The notes beneath the pieces are model-generated. The model made no database searches. It saw nothing but the letters and a program-made list of their open reading frames with translations, and had not been told where the DNA came from. A program made the position numbers and the translations under genes. Below, piece by piece: positions 35,288-37,031 of a DNA stretch of 37,031 nucleotides; position 1 is the stretch's first letter, and every line of letters begins with the position of its first letter. This DNA comes from an uncultured Pseudomonadota bacterium (GTDB lineage: Bacteria; BMS3Abin14). The DNA is taken from NCBI GenBank assembly GCA_964454175.1, contig CAYVSA010000002.1:43233-80263 (forward strand). The letters are read 5' to 3'.

Positions 35288-36865
35288 GAAATGCCTTATG
35301 CCCGTGAATACCATTGCAAGGCCGTGTTCGTCTGCTGCCTCGATCACTTCCTCGTCCCGGACTGATCCTCCCGGCTGAATGATCGCGGTTACCCCTGCCT
35401 CCGCGGCCGCGTCCACGCCGTCTCTGAACGGGAAAAAAGCGTCCGAAGCAAGGACAGTTCCTTCAATGGGCAGGTTGGCTTTCTGGACGCCGAGCCTGGC
35501 TGAATCGACCCGGCTCATCTGCCCCGCACCAACTCCTACCAACTGCCCCTCACGGGCGTAAACGATGGCATTGGATTTAACGTGCTTTGCCAGGATCCAG
35601 GCAAATTTAAGAGATTCCATTTCTTCGTCAGAGGGCTGTTTCTTCGTGACTGTTTTCAGGGTGGACTCGTCGAGGCCTGACAGATCGCGGTCCTGGACCA
35701 GGAACCCTCCTCCCGCACTGATGACTCTCATGAGAGACTCGTCCATACTGCCCTCTTCCAGCCCCGGTAGTTCAAGGAGGCGCAGGTTCTTTTTCGTCTG
35801 CAGTATCTTGAGGGCCTCAGGTGAGAAACCGGGAGCGATCACGGCCTCCTTGAAACCGTCTACAATGCCTTCGGCCGTTTCCCTGTCCACTGTTCGGTTA
35901 AAACCGATTATGCCGCCGAAAGCTGAAAGTGGGTCGGTTGCCATGGCTTTGTCGTAAGCCTCCCTGGTTGTCGACCTGGAGACTGCGGCGCCGCAGGGGT
36001 TGGTGTGTTTGAGGATCACACAGGCTGGCTCCGAAAACTCCCTGACCAGGCTCAGTGCTGCGTCCAGGTCCAGTATGTTGTTGTGCGAAAGTTCCTTACC
36101 CCAGAGCTGTCTGGCTCCGATGAGGGTGGGTTCCTCCGAGAGGGGACCGCTGTAAAAGGCCGCCTGTTGGTGGGGGTTCTCGCCGTATCGGAGATCCTGA
36201 ATTTTACGGCCTCCGGTTACGAATACCTCTGGTAGTGGGGGTTTTTCCAGCTTTATACCGTCGTCGTCGATGCCTGACAGGTACGTGGAGATCGCTGAAT
36301 CATACATGCACGTGTGAGAAAATGCCTCTCTTGCCAGGCTCAGTCTTGTTGCAAAAGCGATCTCACCTCCACTTTTCAGTTCATCCACCACAGTGGAATA
36401 TTTGTCCGGGTTTACTATCACTGCCACAGAGGGGAAGTTTTTTGCTGCTGCTCTTACCATGGCTGGACCGCCGATGTCGATCATTTCAAGGACTTCATCC
36501 AGGGATGTGTCCTTTTTAGCGGCAGTTTCCTCAAAGGGGTAGAGATTGACTGCCACCAGATCGAAGGCCTTGAGATCATGGACCGAAAGCTCTTCCATGT
36601 GAGATGGCTTGTCCTTCCTCGCGAGAATGCCTCCGTGGATCCTGGGGTTTAATGTCTTGACCCTTCCATCGAGTATCTCAGGAAAGCCAGTCACTTCCGT
36701 TACGGGGATCACCTGCAGGCCTGCCTCGGATAGGACCCGTGCAGTACCTCCGGAAGATATTATTTCTACACCCATTTCGTGAAGAGCGGTGCAAAATTGT
36801 ACGAGTCCCGATTTGTTCCAGACGCTGATCAGCGCCCTTTTTACCTTGAGGGGTTGTTTTTTCAT
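35279..36865 (-). CDS. purH: Bifunctional AICAR transformylase/IMP cyclohydrolase
   Basis: [46 protein letters not shown]. Confidence 0.98.
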   Translation of the reverse strand: MKKQPLKVKRALISVWNKSGLVQFCTALHEMGVEIISSGGTARVLSEAGLQVIPVTEVTGFPEILDGRVKTLNPRIHGGILARKDKPSHMEELSVHDLKAFDLVAVNLYPFEETAAKKDTSLDEVLEMIDIGGPAMVRAAAKNFPSVAVIVNPDKYSTVVDELKSGGEIAFATRLSLAREAFSHTCMYDSAISTYLSGIDDDGIKLEKPPLPEVFVTGGRKIQDLRYGENPHQQAAFYSGPLSEEPTLIGARQLWGKELSHNNILDLDAALSLVREFSEPACVILKHTNPCGAAVSRSTTREAYDKAMATDPLSAFGGIIGFNRTVDRETAEGIVDGFKEAVIAPGFSPEALKILQTKKNLRLLELPGLEEGSMDESLMRVISAGGGFLVQDRDLSGLDESTLKTVTKKQPSDEEMESLKFAWILAKHVKSNAIVYAREGQLVGVGAGQMSRVDSARLGVQKANLPIEGTVLASDAFFPFRDGVDAAAEAGVTAIIQPGGSVRDEEVIEAADEHGLAMVFTGIRHFRH

Positions 36866-36924
36866 TGGTTCCCTTTCGCTATGTGAATTCGCAGTGAATG
36901 TTTGAGAGTGAAACAGAAAAAGTA

Positions 36925-36953
36925 GTTTTACATGAGGTGCGTGCGCGGGTCAA
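36925..36953 (-). promoter_or_regulatory. Putative sigma70 promoter of the purH operon
   Basis: TTGACC-17 nt-TAAAAC about 60 nt upstream of the purH ATG. Confidence 0.4.
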
Positions 36954-37031
36954 CTGTTCATGGAGTTCAGAGTGTTGGAAATTCGAGATTATGGAAGGTA
37001 ACGAGTGCCTAGTGCATGGTGTCAGAGCCTT

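Noticed and set aside
36866-37031. ZMP/ZTP or purine riboswitch upstream of purH
   Set aside because: No conserved aptamer motifs were seen, and the predicted leader is only about 50 nt.

Overview
A gene-dense, mostly plus-strand bacterial chromosomal window with Gram-negative, deltaproteobacteria-like gene content (taxonomy is inference). Left end: a truncated RNase Z/MBL-fold hydrolase, an unlisted 34-aa RCKP-type rubredoxin-like gene, a PerR-like Fur regulator, a small membrane protein and tRNA-Leu(GAG). Then galU-hsp20-lon running directly into a signalling cluster: two REC-first histidine kinases, a PocR-GAF-HD-GYP phosphodiesterase, REC-DUF4388, a degenerate GTPase-like protein, and a GAF kinase overlapping a KtrB/TrkH K+ transporter gene. 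Next come a Dif-like chemosensory cluster (cheR-mcp-cheW-cheY-cheA-cheC-cheD, no cheB), folD-larB-larC-folE, a YHS protein, a beta-barrel OMP, transaldolase, REC-GGDEF, a GcvH-like gene, an acyl-CoA ligase and FadL, converging on purH-purD-purE-tsaC. No transposase, integrase, phage gene or CRISPR array was seen. Most notable: the GcvH-like protein has Arg at the lipoyl-Lys position and is coupled to fatty-acid uptake genes; one kinase has a displaced H-box His; tsaC needs a CTG start or readthrough of the purE stop; and heptamer repeats with G-quadruplex potential recur in intergenic spacers. All family assignments are by motif recognition; no searches were run.
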